Below are positions 53,901 through 64,000 of a DNA stretch of 64,000 nt, in pieces. This stretch comes from the human T2T-CHM13v2.0 reference genome, Homo sapiens. The DNA lies in NCBI RefSeq assembly GCF_009914755.1, contig NC_060927.1. One strand, given 5' to 3'. Under the pieces are notes generated by a model, which had not been told where the DNA came from, ran no database searches, and worked only from the letters and a program-made list of their open reading frames with translations. The translations under genes were made by a program, and so were the position numbers. Positions within the stretch are counted from its first letter, which is position 1, and each line of letters starts with the position of its first letter.

Positions 53901-55637
53901 TCAATTTCTTTGGTCTAAGAACTGCCTCAGTGTTGCCTTTGTTTGGTCTGAAATTTTTGGCAGTTTGAAATTCTACAATTATTAATTGTGGAAAAAGATG
54001 TTTGTTCACTGATCTCCCGTGAAAGCAGAAATGAGACTCTGACACTGCTATTAAAGCCTCCTCCTGGGCTTACTGCTGGGAGTTTATTTTTAGTATTTTG
54101 TTTCTCCTAGAAATTGGGAATTCTGCTGCATCTCTTTCCCTGGGAAACCTGCCGGCTTATACTTAGTTTACCTCCTGCATGGACTTCTAGATTGACTGCG
54201 AAAATGTTTTTCTGGCCCCAAATTTTCATTTACTTGCCTCTATTAAGAAATTTATGTTACGCATGAACATTTTGTAATATATAATACTTTAACATTACAA
54301 AAAGCCATCTTCCAAGTAGAACAGTCAGAACATAAGCCTGTACATATATACACACGTGCACACATTATTTAAATGGCATTTTAATTTTCTATCTATGAAT
54401 TGTGCCATCTTATCTGAATTTGAACTTGGGGTTCATGCAGGATCTCTAGAGAGGACCCACGCTCTCAGTTTACCACAGGTCTACCCTCATTCACCTTTCA
54501 GCTTCATTCACTTGTACATTCTGACGGGACTCAATGCATTTGAGACAGGGTCTCACTCCCATTACCCAGCCAGGGTCATGCCACTGCACTCCACGGATGA
54601 TGGTAGTGACACCCTATCTCAGAAAAAAAAAGTTGGGGGGAGGGTTGAGTGGGGAAAGGGAGGTGGGAAACAGTTTGCCTCATGAACAAATAAAGAATAA
54701 TTAATTCATAGGTTGGGGACTAGAGTCTAAGAGCATTAAACAGGACTTTAGAATTCCACAGTCAGAAGCATAAATGGGAGAAAAGATTCTACCTCCTTGT
54801 ATTTCTGTTACTGTCTCACCCATTTCTCACAGAATTTAGACCAGGAAGATGAGTGTGCGTCACATGAAAGATCTACGTGATAATAAACATGAAATGGCGA
54901 AATACTAAAGCCCAACTAAGGGACGGGTAGCAAGGGCTTTCCACAGTTCAACGCAGGAAGGAAGAGGGAGTGCAATTATTTTTATGCAGCGGAGGAGTTG
55001 TTCAGATTACAAATGATCTGGAAGTTGTTCTGCCAAAATCCAGAACAGAATAATACATTCTCAGTGAGGGACCTGGCATACTGCACAAACACAGACATCA
55101 TTTCAGGGGAGTAAGTCACCAGGGCAAGCATTTTCAAAAGAATACTAGGAGCAGAAAGAAAGTAATTAAGCTTTGTCTAATTCTAAACACAAGTAGTTGT
55201 AGACATAGACATGCATTACTTAGAGACTAACTCTGAGTAACTGCAGATGGAGAGAATTCTCTTCGACTAGTGATTAAGTTAATGATATTAAACAGTAGGC
55301 TAGGTGGGATCAGTTGAGAATATAAATCCAGGATAAAGAGAAAACAAGAGGGTAGAATATACAGTTTTATCATATTAGACATATCTTTTTTGTTCATGGG
55401 GATGAGCTTGTATATAGGCAAAATGTATTTTAAAGCATGCTTATGTTAATTTACCCAGAAGAGCCCTAATATTCAGAACTCTCAACTCTATCCTGTGCTA
55501 AGTCCATTATCAAATATCTCCCAGATTCATCAAATAGAAGAAAACTACACTTTCTACCCAAATGGGATTTCCTTGTCACCTGATTTATACCTGTTCATAG
55601 GTGGATTATATCATAGAGACACTAAAAATTGCAGGAA

Positions 55638-55797
55638 AAGGTTGTCGGGATGAGGGTGAGACAAGTGAGGCACAAAACTTAAGGTGGCACTCACTCTCAA
55701 GGCCACGCAAGTGCATGTCAGCACCTGATAATGAGTGCCACCTAACATTTTGCATCCTGGGTAGCTCAACTTGCCTTAGACCTGGTCCAAGCTCCGT
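55638..55797. mobile_element. MER91-like palindromic hAT MITE
   Basis: Imperfect palindrome aggtggcactca..tgagtgccacct. Confidence 0.7.
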
Positions 55798-55903
55798 GGG
55801 TTCTCTCCCTGTATTTGCCATTTTCGTAAAGTTCAAGTGGGACATAGTTGATGTTGCCACTATTTTCAGGAGAAAGCCTGGCAGGAGAAACTGAATTCCT
55901 CAC

Positions 55904-55978
55904 CTGCATCATTGCCAAAATGTCTCCTTCCTCCACCGGCTGTTCGGTGAGATAGAAAGACAGCTTCAGCTGTCTCAT
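55904..55978 (-). pseudogene. Candidate first coding exon MRQLKLSFYLTEQPVEEGDILAMMQ
   Basis: ATG with G at -3, 25 open codons, strong cag|gtgagg donor, same strand as and upstream of the exon chain. Confidence 0.3.
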
Positions 55979-56439
55979 TCCACCCACCCCAGCAGCTGCT
56001 TGGACCTACTCCAGGCAGTATACAACAGGAATGTGTGTATGGTGGCGGGGGTGTGGAGGGCCTACAGAAATGCTTACAAGACTTGTCATGACTTAAGCTG
56101 TTCTTTAGATATTTTTCCACAAAATCTCTTTATAATGCATCTTGATATACTTGGATAATATAACGCTTATGCTTTTCAAGAGCAATTTTAAAAATCTATC
56201 AGTTGTTTGATGTTGATGGAATCTAATGGCCCAGTTTTGAAAACATTTTTTTTGAAGACCTAAAAAGATTATTTTTATTGAATTGTATACTTGTAGAGCT
56301 GAGAGAAAACTTAGCAAATTTTAATTTCACCTTTATAATTTTATATACTTTTCAAAAGATGCATTTGGTGACAAAATGGAATTTGCCAGAAGTATTGTAA
56401 GAACAATTTTAGTTTTTAAAATTTTTATTTTTTATTATT

Positions 56440-57941
<1,502 letters not shown>

Positions 57942-60063
57942 CTAGGGTTTCACTCATTTAAAAGCAATGAATAGAATATACATTACCTTCTTAGGAAGTT
58001 TGCCAATAGACAACTCATTTTTCTCTTAGAAAACTATGAGACCCTTTACAGTTAGTATTTTCAAAATTATATTGAGTATATTCTCATGTTGTTACATACT
58101 GAGATAAAATCAACAAAGCAACATACCTGTTATGATGTATTTATATGAATCTTCAGATTTAAGCTTTAAAAATATCCCTTCAATCTCTCCAACTGATAAA
58201 GAAAAAAATGGCTGAAAAATTAAGGAAAAGCAAATGCTTCAAATTTAAAATAATGTAGGTTTTTTCCTGACTACGTAAGCAATACATGCTTATTTTAGAA
58301 AATATAGTAATTAAGAAAGGAATGAAAGAGAAAGGAAAAGAGAGGGAGGAGAAAAGAAAGAAAGGGAGTAAAGGAAGGAAGAAAGGAAGGAAGGGAGAGA
58401 AGGAAAGAAAGACCAGCAAAAGTAGATATATTTCTACTGGACAGATTTGCAATGGTCTAAACATTCTAAAAATAACTAAGACTCATGCCTATCCATGCAT
58501 GGATAATTATGCCTTTCTGCCTATGTCAGAGGGTTTTCTGGTTTTAGGGAAGGTTTGCTTGTTTGGGGGTTTTATTTTTTTATTTATTTTTACATTTGAT
58601 CTTCTATAATTTTCTTGTTCCTACTTCTTTTAGATTTGTAATGCCTTTCCATATTACATTTTTTATGTGAGGTCAAAAATGTTTTTAAACAGGTGAACAG
58701 TATAAAGGTAAATTACTGGATTTAGATTCAGAATGTGGGATTCTAGACTTGGGTCAGTCTATAAATGAGGCTTGGTCTCACAGAACCTCCGGTCTGATAC
58801 TCAGATTCTTTAGAAACACTCTAGATCCCTGATAAACATTATTCAACTTCTTGAAATTATTTGTAATGTTCTGTATATCATTCATCACTACCTGATATTT
58901 TTTTCCTTATTCACTTATTGTCTATACCACCCAACTAGAATGTAGACGCCAGATAATCTTTTCTTGTTCACTGGAATATCCAAGACCAGCACCTGACATG
59001 TAGTAAGAAGTTAATAAAAGCCTCTTACTACATAAATATAACCTAAATGTAAGGTGAATTTTCCCCCAAAATTCCTAGAAAAGAAAATAGCTACGTACAT
59101 TCAAGTTCCTCCAAAGTCTCTCATGCTATGGATCAATTTCGTAAGCCATAAAATACTGCTTAGGATAACATTAACCAGAAACTACCCTGCAATCATTTCT
59201 CTACAATTAATGCTAGGTGCGGTGTTTACAAAGATCATCTGTTAAAGTTAGTATAAAAGAAGGCAAAGGTTAGCAATCTCAGTATTTATTCTGGGTTTTG
59301 ATACCATGTTTGCAAGTGTTGGAGGCCATTATAAATAGGGCTTTAAAGATTATTTTAAAAGTAATAATGGTTATTGCATTAAAAGGATTAGAAAAATAAA
59401 CCTACAGGAAGAATAAAAATGAAAATAAAACTGTACTAATACATGTGAATGGGAACCTCCAGTGTCAACATTACACATGCAATCACAAAGTGCTGTATCT
59501 CACTGAGACACAAGTGATGCCGCTCTGATAATGTAAAAATAGCTCTGCTGATGACAAAGACACTGATGTCAAAGATTTGAAAAGGCTGAATAATTTAAGT
59601 GTGGCTGGGGAAAGAAAGCAATATTTCTAAATGACTATATGTAGATAATATATAATTAAAAATATATATAACTAAAGCAATAAATTAAATATATAAGTGA
59701 ATAATGCACTGTTTCATCCACATCCTTTGAAGTTTACATTTTTGCATAGACAAAAGTCTTATTTGGAGGAATTTTTGCTTGGTAATAAACAGTAAGTTTA
59801 TTTTTTTAATCTATCTTGTTGTATATTAATTGTGGTATTTCAATATGAAATTTTTTTCAGTTCTGTATGATGCTAAACCATTAGATATTTAACTATTGTT
59901 TCTCAGCTATTTCTTCTTATTCTCTTTTTCAAAAACTCATAATAGAGTTCTGGAGCGTCTGTATAGCATATCTATGTCTGTTAGCTGCTATTTCATACAG
60001 ATTTTTAAATCTTTTATCTCTTTGTGCTGGATTCCCTATATTTCTCAGTATCTTTTTCCTAAC

Positions 60064-63335
<3,272 letters not shown>

Positions 63336-64000
63336 ATATATCTAGGTTCAGAACATAGACAACTTGCTTACAGACCTTCGTGAATGCAAAATGTGATAAT
63401 TCTTTTCAGAAGAAAGATTTTTTAAAAAAATAAGCAGGGTCTCCATGGTAACCATAAAGGCAAATCTTGCTTTGTGAGTATTACATCAACATGAACAGCT
63501 GGAACAGGTTGAACAAAAATGGCTGGGGAGAAGAAGGTGGGGGAATTTGGAGAGAGAGTGAATAAAGAAAATGACAACCCAAACCAGAAGCTGTGTAACT
63601 TATGCCTTGATTCATTAGTACTGCATTCAAAGAAATCAGAGTTTCGAACCTTTTTTTCAAAGGTACTTCCCCTCCATCCTGTTCAAATCAAAGATGGTAA
63701 AAACTATTATGCTATTTTTTAAAAGAAAAGTAAATGATTTGAATTAGATATATTTTAAAAATCAGTGGGCTTTGACAGATAAGGGGATATTTTAAAAATC
63801 AATGTCTTTGACAAGAGCCACACAAAGAAAATGAAAACCAGATATATATGCACAGGCTCAGATAATGAATTAATGCAAGAGGAAAGCTGTACCGTTGAGG
63901 AATTTCTTTTCACACTTCAAAAAAAACACTGTATAATGCATGTCCATATAGCACAAAGACACAGTATTACTGAATCACTTGTTAGTAGATGCACTACTAA

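Overview
Primate (probably human) genomic DNA, AT-rich and repeat-dense. It holds about 45 Alus, a 5'-truncated L1PA (7092-12780), older L1M/L2/MIR/CR1 debris and several solo LTRs (THE1/MST, MLT1, MLT2, LTR13, MER4-group). There is no intact protein-coding gene, tRNA, rRNA or CRISPR array, and most ORF-track entries are Alu, L1 or microsatellite artefacts. The main signal is in the unique DNA between repeats. On the minus strand, from about 56 kb down to 0.6 kb, there are about 20 decayed exon-like segments bounded by AG/GT, several joining in compatible phase. Their translations carry scattered stops and frameshifts and show short motifs colinear with the N-terminal third of GREB1/GREB1L. 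I read this as an anciently inactivated, intron-containing pseudogene of a divergent and much-expanded third GREB1-family gene that continues beyond the left edge. The family call rests on manual comparison with GREB1/GREB1L sequences recalled from memory, not on a search.
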